Source: Octopus vulgaris
Lineage: Eukaryota
NCBI GenBank assembly: GCA_951406725.2
Contig: OX597816.1
Location: 177,320,001 to 177,384,000, forward strand
Reading direction: 5' to 3'
Length of the DNA: 64,000 nt
The number at the start of each line of letters is the position of its first letter. The first letter of the stretch is position 1. The position numbers and the translations under genes were made by a program. Of the stretch, positions 39,053 to 50,478 are shown one piece after another. The notes under the pieces were generated by a model. That model ran no database searches and was not told the DNA's origin. It saw only the letters and a program-made list of their open reading frames with translations.

Positions 39053-40190
39053 AAGGCGGCGAGCTGGAAGAATCGTTAACTCGCTGGACGAAGTGCTTAT
39101 CAGTATTTCGCCCGTTTGCTACGTTCTGAGTTCAAATTCCGCCGAGGTCGACTTTACCATTCATCCTTTTCAGGTCGACAAAATAAGTACCAGTTGAGCA
39201 TTGGGGTCGATATAAACGACACATTCCCTTCCCTAAAATGGCTGCCCTTGTGGCAAAATTTGAAACCATTATTATTATTCTTAAGGCGGCGAGCTGGCAG
39301 AAACGTTAGCACGCCGGGCGAAATGCTTAGCGGTATTTCGTCTGCCGTTACGTTCTGAGTTTAAATTCCGTCGAGGTCGACTTTGCCTTTCATCCTTTCG
39401 GGGTCGATAAATTAAGTACCAGTTACGCACTGGGATCGATATAATCGACTTAATCTGTCTGTTCTTGTTTGTCTCCTTTGTGTTTAGCCCCTTGTGTGTA
39501 GTAAAAATATAAGTATTTTGTCTGTGCTTATGTTCTGGGTTCAAATACCGCCGGTGTCGACTTTGCCTTTCATCCTTTCGGGGTCGATAAATTAAGTACC
39601 AGTTACGCACTGGGATCGATATAATCGACTAGTCCCCTCCCCCAAATTTCAGGCCTTGCGCCTATAGTAGAAAGGATCATTGTTATTATTAAGGCGGCGA
39701 GCTGGCAAGATCGTTTGCACGCCGAGCGAAATGCACAGCGGAATTTCGTCCGGCTTCGCGTTCTGAGTTCAAATACCGCCGGGGTTGACTTTGTCTTTTA
39801 TCTTTGGTCAATAAAACCAGTACCATTTGAAGACTGATGTAACTGACTTATCTTCCCACCACCGAAAAAGGAAATTTCAGGATTTGTGCCTACAGTAGAA
39901 ATTATTATTACTATTATTATTACTATTAAAGATTATTATTACTATTATTACTATTAAAGATTATTATTACTATTAAAGTGACATGCTAGGAGAATTGCTA
40001 CCATGCCGGGCCAACTACTTAGCGGTATCTCGTTCGTGCTTATGCTCTGAGTTCAAATTCCGCCGAGGTTGACTTTGCTTTTAATCCTTTCGGGGTCGAT
40101 AAAATAAGTACCCGCTGAGTACTGGAGTCGATGTAATCGACTAAACTCCTGCCTTAAAATTTCAGGCGTTGGGCCTATAATAGAAAAGAT
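39053..40190 (+). mobile_element. Tandem cluster of SINE family A monomers and multimers
   Basis: Heads at 39053, 39283, 39691 and ~39977, plus an internal module at ~39515. Confidence 0.88.
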
Positions 40191-40447
40191 AATAATAATA
40201 ATAATAATCATAATAATAATAATAATTATTATTATTATTATTATTATTAGTTGTTGTTGTTGTAGTAGTAGCAGCAGTAGTTGTAGTAATAGTAGAGTAG
40301 TAGGTCCGAAATAAATTCAAAGCAAGGCTGTATCTTTTGCTTCGTACATTTTCCTTGAAGCGCTTTTGCTTGAAGGGATAACAATTGCAATACTGTTTAA
40401 AGACTGAGCTTTCGATTTGAGTTCAGTTCTCGAGTGAAACTCAAACA

Positions 40448-40669
40448 TTAACACGCCGGAGAGAAAGCTTAGATGCATTTCGTCTTTTTTTTCCGTTTTG
40501 AGTTCAAATTTTGCCGAGGTCGACTTTTGGGGCCCATAAAATAAGTACCAGTTGAACACTGGGTTCAATGTAATCGGCTTACCTCTACCCCGAAGTTACT
40601 GACCTTGTACAAAAATATGAAACCAATAGTATGTCACTCTTTCGATAGAATTCTGAGTCCTCGAATCAT

Positions 40670-40701
<32 letters not shown>

Positions 40702-40755
40702 CCCCAAAAGGCAAGTGATCAACCACCTATACATTTATTGTGCTGTTTTTCCGAT
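40448..40755 (+). repeat. Direct duplication copy 1 (SINE A body plus 3' flank)
   Basis: Near-identical to 41871-42154. Confidence 0.9.
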
Positions 40756-41047
40756 GACATGAATTTCAATCGATTCAGTTGAGTCTCATAATGAAGCATA
40801 CTGCTGCTCACACATCCGACCGGCTGTCGTCGAGTATCTTAAACGCCACTCCAGAATCTGAGCCACAAACCTATTGTCTTTTCCCCTACCTTTTCTCTCA
40901 CTATTATAACGACTTCTACTCCTCGGAGATGGCTGGGATCATACCATCTTCTCGTATCCTTCCCTCTTGTTGTGTCCAGTCCCTCAGACCCTACTATCCA
41001 CAACACTCAATTCTTACTTCACAGAATTTTGCCTTTTTCTCTGCAAG

Positions 41048-41372
41048 AAATAACCAAGTAAAGACAGTGGGCCTGCACCTTGGCACCGGGAGATACAAGT
41101 CAATGTCGCCCAATAACGTTGTAGGGCGCTGGACGGAGGGACCGATTAAATTGCTGGGAGGGGGTTGGTTTGATTCGGATCTCCAGATATAGAAGAACTG
41201 GGACTAGCTGACGAGCAGGGTGGCTAATATCACACAGGAATGGACCGAGAGAAAGCTTTCTCTGAAAGGTGGGTGGAGGTAGCGAATGCATGCATTACCT
41301 CCGTCATATATTACTACCTAACCGTCGTAATTTTCCCCCAGTTTACACCCGACCAAACTGGACCGCATACTT
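41048..41372 (+). mobile_element. Tx1/L1 RT fragment
   Basis: Homologous to 33103-33370 (AACCAAGTAAAGACAGTGGGCC...CTTTCTCTGAAAGGT). Confidence 0.75.
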
Positions 41373-41857
41373 TCTCTGCTCACGACCTTCAAACAGGTGT
41401 TCACTTGCAATGATTCAAGAGAAACATTAATAGCATTAATTTAACCGGTCCCATGGAGCTCGCAGAACCCATGGGCACTTTCCGCTTTCTCCAAACCCTG
41501 CAAGTAAAACAAAAAATAACAACCTAAAGGAAAATTTTCGGTTAGTTCTACTAGAGCAGATCTATGATCAAAGAAATGCCCGGTATGTTTTTTTCTCTCA
41601 TTTTATAATGGGTGCTACATTATCGAATAACTCCGCCACCTCTTTTTAGACGGCCGAATGTTAATCGAGGGACACTTGGCTACTATTTCTTGCAGGTCAA
41701 GCGACCATATAAATTTTTACGTAGCTGTCTGATGAGCCCAAGGTGCCAATTCCGTAGTTTTGTTTGACACATGGTATAAACTTCGGCATAGTGATCATGC
41801 AAGCACTTCTCTTCCGTCGCAAATGGTTTTGAGAAAGCTATATACGTAAATAACGCA

Positions 41858-42154
41858 GCTGGCAAAAGCGTTAACACGCCGGAGAGAAAGCTTAGCTGCA
41901 TTCCGTTTTGAGTTCAAATTTTGCCGAGGTCGACTTTTGGGGCCCATAAAATAAGTACCAGTTGAACACTGGGTTCGATGTAATCGGCTTACCTCTACCC
42001 CGAAGTTACTGACCTTGTACCAAAATATGAAACCAATAGTATGTCACTCTTTCGATAGAATTCTGAGTCCTCGAATCATTATATATATATATATAAAAAC
42101 CCCCAAAAGGCAAGTGATCAACCACCTATACATTTATTGTGCTGTTTTTCCGAT
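41858..42154 (+). repeat. Direct duplication copy 2 (SINE A plus 3' flank)
   Basis: Near-identical to 40448-40755. Confidence 0.9.
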
Positions 42155-43038
42155 TTCCAGTTGATACAAATTCAATGTTCTAATGCCATTGTTCTAGAGA
42201 ATAGCGTGAATACAATTCATTTCCACGCCTACAAAATATATAAGCATTTTCATTGACTAAAGACATAATATTCCTATATGTATTAAAAGTTTAAGCTACC
42301 AAATATGCTTTCACAGAAGCATTTTTGACAAATATTTAAACCACAACTTAAGTCTTTAATTTCCGTTATTCTTCTCAAACGTTTCTATTTTCTTTAATGT
42401 ACTTTTTACAACTTCGATTGACGTCAATCTACGACTTTGTATGACTTCTTGTAACGTCAATTTATAAATAAATCTAATTTCTGAAATATTTGGGAAGCCA
42501 TAGAAAGGTAAACTGTATGAAGTATGTAAGAAATTTGATGGTGATTAACTTCCCTGGCAGAATGTATTATACCACCATGATGCAGCTGCGTTCAAGAAGG
42601 CTTATCAGAAGCACTGACTTGTCGGTTGATTGTTCAGTACTGTGTGGATTTGGACAGACATCTCCAGGTCTCTTTATATTGGATATAAGCAATGGTTCTA
42701 AGGTTAAGAAGTGCGCTTCGCATTCACGCAGTTTCAGGCCCCATACGATAGTGGGACGCCTTGAGAAAGTGGTCTCTACTTTAGCTTCGGATTAATTAAT
42801 ACCTACAGAATTTGGTAAACGGAAACTCACTGTATGTGAACACACACACAAACGCACATACAGACACACAGACACACACATAGACACACACACACAGCTT
42901 TTACTTAAAACTGGCAAGATTAGAAAAGAGCAAAGCTGCATCTAGACTCATCAGTCGCCCCTCCCCACTAATGAATGTGTTAAGAATTTGTAATGTATCA
43001 TAATGAAAAGAGATTGCTGGGCGTCGAATGTGTGTGTG

Positions 43039-43095
<57 letters not shown>

Positions 43096-43516
43096 ATGTG
43101 TGTGTATGTGTGTGTGTGTGTGCGTACGTGCACGTGCGTCAGTGCGTGTGTATATTGCTGCAGTTTACAGACTGAATGTTTTAGTAATGAAATTCCGGTT
43201 TTGCTAATTAGCCGATGTGTCTCGGCGGAGGATGTAAATTTCGCGCCCCAACCAATACGAAAAAGGAAAATGAAATAAAGAAAGAAACGGTATTTCACAA
43301 ATGAAGTTCCGTGAGTTGTTTACTCCTCATCGAGTTACGAAAAATCCCATTGTCATTCTCACCATCATAAAATGCAGGAACTAACGATCGACATGTTAAA
43401 AACTTGTAATCAATGACGCTATTCTTCATTAATCGTGATATAAACGGCTAAATATACATAGGAATAATTTTGAGAAGACAAGGAGTAACGTTACTAATAT
43501 ACTTTAATGTAACCGG

Positions 43517-43851
43517 AGGATCGCGGTTTCGATTCCTAGACCGGGCACTGTGAGTGTTTATTGAGCGAAAACACCTAAAGCTCCACGAGGCTCCGGCAGG
43601 GGGTGGTGGTGAACCCTGCTGTACTCTTTCACCACAACTTTCTCTCGCTCTTTCTTCCTGTTTCTGTTGTACCTGTATTTCAAAGGGCCAGCCTTGTCAC
43701 ATTCTGTGTGTCACGCTGAATATCCTCGAGAACTACGTTAAGGGTACACGTGTCTGTGGAGTGCTCAGTCACTTGCACGTTAATATCACGAGCAAGCCGT
43801 TCCGTCGATCGTATCAGCTGGGACCCTCATCGTCGCAACCGACGGAGTGCT
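43517..43851 (+). mobile_element. SINE family C, 5'-truncated
   Basis: GGTTTCGATTCC B-box; matches 51030-51381 (reverse complement). Confidence 0.88.
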
Positions 43852-44001
43852 CCTACTACTTTAATGTAAGTGAAAGGGATTTTTAGTTCAATCAAGGAAC
43901 AAATTCTAGGAATACTCATAGTTTTACCTCCTGTTAAAAAGTATATTGAACGTCGATTTTAGTTTCTAAGATTAATTCATTTTGATACAAGAGGTAGAAG
44001 G

Positions 44002-44036
<35 letters not shown>

Positions 44037-44041
<5 letters not shown>

Positions 44042-44361
44042 TTAATAAGGGTGAGAGAATTAGATACTAATTTAATAGTATATTTATTCCACACCAAGTG
44101 GCCTAGTGCTACGAGAAACCTGGATTATTATAATATTTTATAACATATTATAATATTTTCACAAAATAAATATAAGAGAGTGGTCACTATATTGATCACT
44201 CTAGCACCAGTTTCAGTTCAACCACGGAAATACATGTTTCCCATGAAAGCCAGTACGACTGTTAGCTCACAGTCGTACTGGCTTTCATGGATATTCCGTG
44301 GTTGAACCTTTGATAACTGGTGCTAGAGTGATCAATATAGTGACCACTCTTTATATTTATT
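44037..44361. mobile_element. Fold-back element in (TA)n with a one-sided extension
   Basis: Inverted repeat 44165-44361 with inner hairpin CCATGAAAGCCAGTACGACTGT-tagctc-ACAGTCGTACTGGCTTTCATGG. Confidence 0.8.
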
Positions 44362-44449
44362 ATTATATATATATATATATATATATATGTATGCCCAGGC
44401 GTGGCTGTGTGGTAAGAAGCTTGCTTCCTTAATGGTATACTCCATTGAA

Positions 44450-44658
44450 AGGCGGCGAGCTGGCAGAAACGTTAGCACGCCGGGCGAAATACGTAGCCGT
44501 ATTTCGTCTGCCGTTACGTTCTGGGTTCAAATTCCGCCGAGGTCGACTTTGCCTTTCATCCTTTAGGGGTCGATAAATTAAGTATCAGTTACACACTGGG
44601 GTCGATGTAATCGACTTAATACCTATGTCTGTCCTTGTTCGTCCCTCTGTGTTTAGCC
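44450..44658 (+). mobile_element. SINE family A (downstream of a family-B head at 44393-44428)
   Basis: Intact family A head and central domain. Confidence 0.88.
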
Positions 44659-44663
44659 TATAC

Positions 44664-44755
<92 letters not shown>

Positions 44756-44974
44756 TAGATGAATGAATTATCCTATAGTATGGATAATTCTGATGAATCC
44801 TAGTATGGATAATTCTGTTAATCGATACCTGGGTAGCAAATTCCCTTCAGTAAAACACGGTTGAAGTTACATGCCAAGGGCTGAACCCCGTGTTCGTGTG
44901 TGTAAATTTGTGTGTGTTTTTATATGAATAAATGAAAAGAATGGAGTCGAACGATTTTATCAAAATTCCTTTAC

Positions 44975-45055
44975 TTTTGACATATGTTTCGAAGACTGCA
45001 TATTCTTAATTCTGAAGGAATGAAGGTTGCATTATACCGTCTTCTCATCAGGAAA
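44975..45055 (-). ncRNA. Type I hammerhead ribozyme motif (antisense arm copy)
   Basis: Minus strand: TTTC-CTGATGA-GAAGACGGTATA...TATGCAGTCTTC-GAAAC-ATAT-GTC|AAAA; one stem I mismatch. Confidence 0.8.
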
Positions 45056-45789
45056 TACAAGGAACCTCTATCAGCCTCAAGACGAAGAAAAGCTTCTTAC
45101 CGTCTGCCTACATGGTTTCCACAGTGATAATGAGTATTTATTTAAAATAATCCGTTATAAACAATGACGTCAAAATTGGTTGGAAGGAGGAAGTTATAAA
45201 AAAATAGGAAGGGGACAGTTTGTATGCTGTATGTATGGGGATTGACGGGTGTATGTTTTGGTAATGAGTTTGAGTGTTTGTGTGTGTGTATGAGTGTGTG
45301 TATATAACTGCATCTGTGTCTGTGTGTGTGTGTTTGCAAATGTAAATGTGGGGAGAACAATTGTCAAATATATATAGTATTAATGTGAGAAATTTGTGTC
45401 TGTGTGTTTGATTGTGCGCATGATAGAGAGAGAGAGAGAGAGAGAGAGGCGGGGGAGGTAGAGAGAAAGAGATAAACATACACCAACTATATTTAATGTT
45501 TGTTGCAACAGAATAGAAAGGAAGCATTTGTCTACGGTAGTGGTGTAGACGTGAAAGTAATTATTAAAACCAAAGAGGTTATCTATATTATTTATTATTT
45601 ATATGAGTGGAAGGTATGTTTTTGCCAATGTTTACATCTATAGGATTTTTCTATAATTGTGTTTACCAATTTTGACGTCATTGATTATAACGGATTATTT
45701 TAAATAAATACTCATTATCACTGTGGAAACCATGTAGGCAGACGGTAAGAAGCTTTTGTTCGTCTCGAGGCTGATAGAGGTTCATTGTA

Positions 45790-45870
45790 TTTCCTGATGA
45801 GAAGACGGCATAATGCAACCTTCATTCCTTCAGAATTAAGAATATGCAGTCTTCGAAACATATGTCGAAA
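45790..45870 (+). ncRNA. Canonical minimal type I hammerhead ribozyme
   Basis: TTTC-CTGATGA-GAAGAC(G)GCATA...TATGC(A)GTCTTC-GAAAC-ATAT-GTC|GAAA; full consensus core, GUC site after 45866, palindromic ACATATGT stem III. Confidence 0.9.
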
Positions 45871-46167
45871 GTAAAGGAATTTTCATAAAATCTTCGTTCG
45901 ACTCCATTCTTTTCATTTATATATATATATATATATATATATAAATTAGAGTAAAACCACTATTATGCGATTCAAACAACGATAGACATAAACCAAATCA
46001 TAAATGAAAAAAAAAAATTTTCAAACATATAACTAGATCACAAAACGTACAAAAACGAATAAACAATATATAAGTAAAAATTTGATTTAATACTAACTTG
46101 AATTTTTCCCTGTAAGTTTGGAGTTATACTCCCTTATATTATGTATGTGTGTATGTATATATAAAAT

Positions 46168-47003
46168 GCCCTTCCTGACATCCCTCCTTACTTTCTCATG
46201 TGCAACTCGAGATTTCTCAAAAGTAGCTGTACCCTCATGCACAATCCTTCTCCACCTGCTACGATCAATAGCTATGCCTTCCCATGTGTCAAGAGAGATG
46301 CAAGCATCTCTTAAGGATACCTTCAGCAAGTCCTTATACCTCTTTTTTGGTTTATGTGGAGGTCGTTCTCCTTTAGCTGACTCTCCATAAAAGAGTTGTT
46401 TTGGCATCCTTGAATCCTTCATCCTGACCAGATGACCACTCCATCTGAGCCGTTGCTTTAACACAAGAGCTTCTATAGTTTCACACCGAGAGCCTTCCAG
46501 TATTTCAAGATCACTGATGCGGTCCTTCCACTTAGTGCCATAGATCCGTCTGAGGTACATCTGATGGAAACGTTCCAGTCGTTTAAGGTGGTATCGATAT
46601 GTTACACTTCCAGAAGGGAAGGGTCTTCCTTTGATGCTGACATGCAATGTCTGTGCAAGACCCTGCCTCAGTAAAGCTGGACTCAAGAGTCATCTTCGTA
46701 GTCATAAAGCGAGACAGATGAGTGACAACCTAGCCACTGGTGGTGGTGTAACACACCATACTAATCATATCTGTCGGGCATGTGGAAGAGAGTGTAATTC
46801 GGCAGGAGGACTTAAACAACATGCAAAGGTACATAAAGCCCAGTTACAACTACAGCCGGCTATTACCGGTGAAGATTTTAGTTGCCAAATCTGTACAAGA
46901 CATTGTAGATCTTTAGCTGGGCTAAAAGTCACATTCGATCACAGCACCAGTAACAGTTAACCCACGTGCAATGGCCACACTCGATAACGAGGGGGCAGCC
47001 ATA
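46168..47003. mobile_element. 5'-truncated, 5'-inverted RTE-clade LINE with C-terminal C2H2 fingers and 11-bp TSD
   Basis: 46168-46600 minus: LERFHQ..LRRI, RLRWSGHLVRM..SRMPKQLFYGE, AIDRSRWR; 46601-47003 plus: CNVCARPCLSKAGLKSHLRSH and further fingers; TSD ATATATAAAAT at 46157-46167 and 47004-47014. Confidence 0.9.
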
Positions 47004-47012
47004 ATATATAAA

Positions 47013-47131
47013 ATACAAAACGGGACAAGAACGCAAAACATCGGACAACTAAGTGATACAAAAAGGGACAACAAAACATCCAGATAGACGATACAAAGAA
47101 TCCGGATGTTTTGCGTTCTTGTCCCATTTTG

Positions 47132-47134
<3 letters not shown>
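47013..47134. repeat. Short fold-back (33-bp arms) beside (TA)n
   Basis: ATACAAAACGGGACAAGAACGCAAAACATCGGA / TCCGGATGTTTTGCGTTCTTGTCCCATTTTGTAT. Confidence 0.85.
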
Positions 47135-47178
<44 letters not shown>

Positions 47179-47201
47179 CGGCGTACATACACTTTGTTCC
47201 C

Positions 47202-47261
<60 letters not shown>

Positions 47262-47267
47262 ATATAT

Positions 47268-47315
<48 letters not shown>

Positions 47316-47320
47316 TTATA

Positions 47321-47377
<57 letters not shown>

Positions 47378-47379
<2 letters not shown>

Positions 47380-47758
47380 CGGGAAGCTTTATGAAAATAG
47401 ACAAAAGACGAAGGCAGGTGGGAAACAAACAAACAATTGTATTAGTATGGCGCTCAGGAAATATAAATAAAACAAGTCTTTAACGTTTCGAGCCTACGCT
47501 CTTCAACAGAAAGATACACAGAGAGAAAAAAAACACAGAAAGAAGGAGAGAAAAAAAATGCGTGCAGTAACTAACGAATCAACATGGCGATCTGATTTCG
47601 GCCAGAGGTCAAAGATCAAACATGAGACGCGAGAGCGAAATAAGGGGAGATAATAGGGTTGATAATAGGGTTGAATGACCAGCTATTAGTGCGTAGGAGA
47701 GGTCTGGACGTGTGTATGTATAGGGTTGGTGTATGTATTAGTATGTATTAGTATGTAT

Positions 47759-47760
<2 letters not shown>
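47378..47760 (-). mobile_element. Penelope-like pLTR remnant with HHR, adjoining (TA)n
   Basis: Same family as 24845-25031. Confidence 0.75.
47477..47514 (-). ncRNA. Minimal hammerhead variant (CUGUUGA core)
   Basis: Minus strand: TCTTT-CTGTTGA-A-GAGC-GTAG-GCTC-GAAAC-GTT|AAAGA; perfect 5-bp stem I. Confidence 0.7.
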
Positions 47761-47803
<43 letters not shown>

Positions 47804-48870
47804 AGAGGAGAAGAGGCGGAGGAGAGGGGGGAAGAGGAGAGGAGGGGGCGGGGAGGGGATATATATATATATATATATCCCAGACACCCCAAAACTTCAC
47901 TTTTCAAGCCTTTAGCATTCCTTCAGGATTATTTCAAACTTTTATTCCACACTTATCGATCAACACAGCTGAAGCTTTTATGACATTTTATTTTTCGTTA
48001 ATTGGAAGGCGTCAAACGACACACCTCTGCCAAAGCAGATCCATAAAGTTTGGATTTTCTCCCCTCCTTTATCACTTCAAGAGTGATGAAAAAGTTAAAT
48101 GAACCTCAGAAGAATTGGTACTTTTGAATCATAGACCTGGAAATGCTTACTAATATGTCTATACATTCCAGCTAACCTAGCTTTGAATTAACTCGGCCAC
48201 ACTATTCTGCGACAGAGAGTATGTAATTACCTTAAGATGTGTGGTTAAGCATTATCATGATTAAAGGTGACTGCTGGGCGAGAGATAAATTTTATGGCAT
48301 CTCCACATGGTAAATTTATGAGTAGTAAAATCTGAATCTAGTGTGAAATAATCATTCCGTAGTAACACAAAGAAGGCATAACCCAGAAATGTTTCCTTAT
48401 GATACTCGCATTCAAACATCTACACATGCATAGGTTAACAAGAGTGTCCTCACACATACTGGAGAAAAATGCAGGCGTGTGTATGTATGTATGTATGTAT
48501 GTATGTATGTATGTATGTATGTATTCAGAGTCGAGCAAATTTAATATCGACTTAGCTCGTCACTAGATTTTTGGCCAACCTGACGACAATCAATTCCTCT
48601 GCTCCTTGGTGAACTAAATGCGGCATTTTGGTTTTTCAGTGGATGCGATATTTGATATATGTGGTTTGTTGTGTAGTCCCATGATAATCGTAATAGAGCA
48701 AACCTCTGATTAAATGTACTCCAGTTATAACCATCTTGTATTTTTCCTATCTATAGGGAATCCCAGCTCACATTACGCAACGGTTCTTTTAAAAGAATGT
48801 AGCTTGTTAACTGAGAAAGACTTGGATGCTATTTCTAAAATATCTTTTATCTTGTACATGTCTCCCTCAT

Positions 48871-48949
<79 letters not shown>

Positions 48950-49788
48950 CACACACATGCCAGTTGGGTGACGATTTGTGCTCTATTGTGCCGTCTTAAC
49001 TTATTGCATTTTGGCACAGATAGGAACCCGATTAAATTAAGTCCGGTACTTTCACTGGTATTCTATCGAACGTGGAAAAACAAAAAGTTCTTGTTTACAA
49101 ACAACAGCAGTAATTTTATTCAGCTGAATACACGTCATTGATTGGTTGAAATTACCGAAATACGAGAACTTCAACGTGAAATAACTTCGTAAATATAAGT
49201 TTTTCTCAAAAATGCTAAGAGTAAAAGATGTTTTATATGACACATTCTACCAGTGTCCGAAGTTTGAAAGTGTTTAGTTACAAAAAATTATTTTTTAAAT
49301 CTGTAGGTCAAAAGGTAAAGATCCGTTGTTGTTGCTGTAGTCGTTGTAGTCAGGCCTCGAATGCAATGTTGCACGCAACAATAGTGTCACTACCGCTAAC
49401 TACAGCAACTGCCTTTCTTTTAGTAAGAATAAATATCGAAACATTAAAATATACAGAAATATACACAAAATAATATAGAAAGATAAACGTAATAAGAGTT
49501 TGGAAAATAAATATTTTGTATGTAAATGGGTTTGTTTGTTACAACTGGTAAAACTGGGCGCAGACGTGATGAAATGGAGAAGAAATTCCCTTTGTACGTC
49601 TATAGCCCTGTGATCGGCGAGACATCTAAGACGGGTGTTTATTTTCCAAGGGTTTTCTATCGACCCAAGCCTTGTGCGTGAAACTGCATAGACGGAAGCA
49701 TGGAACCCTGCCAAATGGAATATATTTGATATTCAAAGCACCAGCCTTATTATTGTATCATGCTCATTCTGATTGGGATTACCCAACG

Positions 49789-50031
49789 CAGTGATTCTCA
49801 GCAATGTTTTTTACCTATGGTCCTCTTTTATTCCTATTTAACTCGGATGTATTCTCCTAACCATTCGATGTTTAAAATATATTTTTGTGATTAAATATTA
49901 TTAGGAATTTAATTTTAAAAATTGTGAAAATATTTTGTGTATTGTTAAAGTATAACCAACTTATTGCACAAATTTTAACAGCAAATTGTCAGATCCCGAA
50001 AGGCCATATGGACACCAGTTGAGAACTACTG
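49789..50031. mobile_element. hAT (Charlie-like) MITE
   Basis: TIRs CAGTGATTCTCAGC / GTTGAGAACTACTG; 8-bp flanks ACCCAACG and ACCTATAG resemble a decayed TSD. Confidence 0.7.
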
Positions 50032-50224
50032 ACCTATAGGCTATAATTATCTGTGGAATACTCAAACACTTTCACCATCATTCACTGAATTAACAGTTCA
50101 GTTGACCAAACAACTGGAATAATTATTGTAGAACTTGGCAGAGACCCATTGCGAGACTGGGTTTCTATTCGAGTGACGTTTATTTGATGTTTTAATAACA
50201 ACCCTCGCAAATTATTCTTTTGTT

Positions 50225-50478
50225 CTTTTACTTGTTTCAGTCATTTATACTGCGGCCATGCTGGAGTACCGCCTTAAAGAGTTTTAGATGAAGAAATCGA
50301 CCCCAGGACTTACTTTTGCAGGCCTAGTACTTATTCTATTCGTCTCCTTTACCGAACCACTAAGTTACGGGGACATAAACACACCAACATCGGTTGTCAA
50401 GCGATGGCGGGGCAAGAAACACACGGAACTGAACCCGGAACCATGTGGCTGATTACCACACAGGAACACCTGCGCCAT
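50225..50478 (-). mobile_element. SINE family B, internally deleted
   Basis: Reverse-complement family B tail and head. Confidence 0.8.

Larger units (their letters stand above)
44755..45920. mobile_element. Fold-back Penelope-like/retrozyme-type element with an HHR in both arms, inserted in (TA)n
   Basis: Arms ~44927-45180 and 45665-45920, ~480-bp spacer, one-sided extension at 44755-44926. Confidence 0.85.

Noticed and set aside
39053-40190. CRISPR-like repeat array
   Set aside because: Eukaryotic context; the units are long tandem SINE modules with no unique spacers and no cas genes.
46631-46960. Host C2H2 zinc-finger gene
   Set aside because: Lies within an RTE insertion bounded by a TSD and has no TGEKP linkers.
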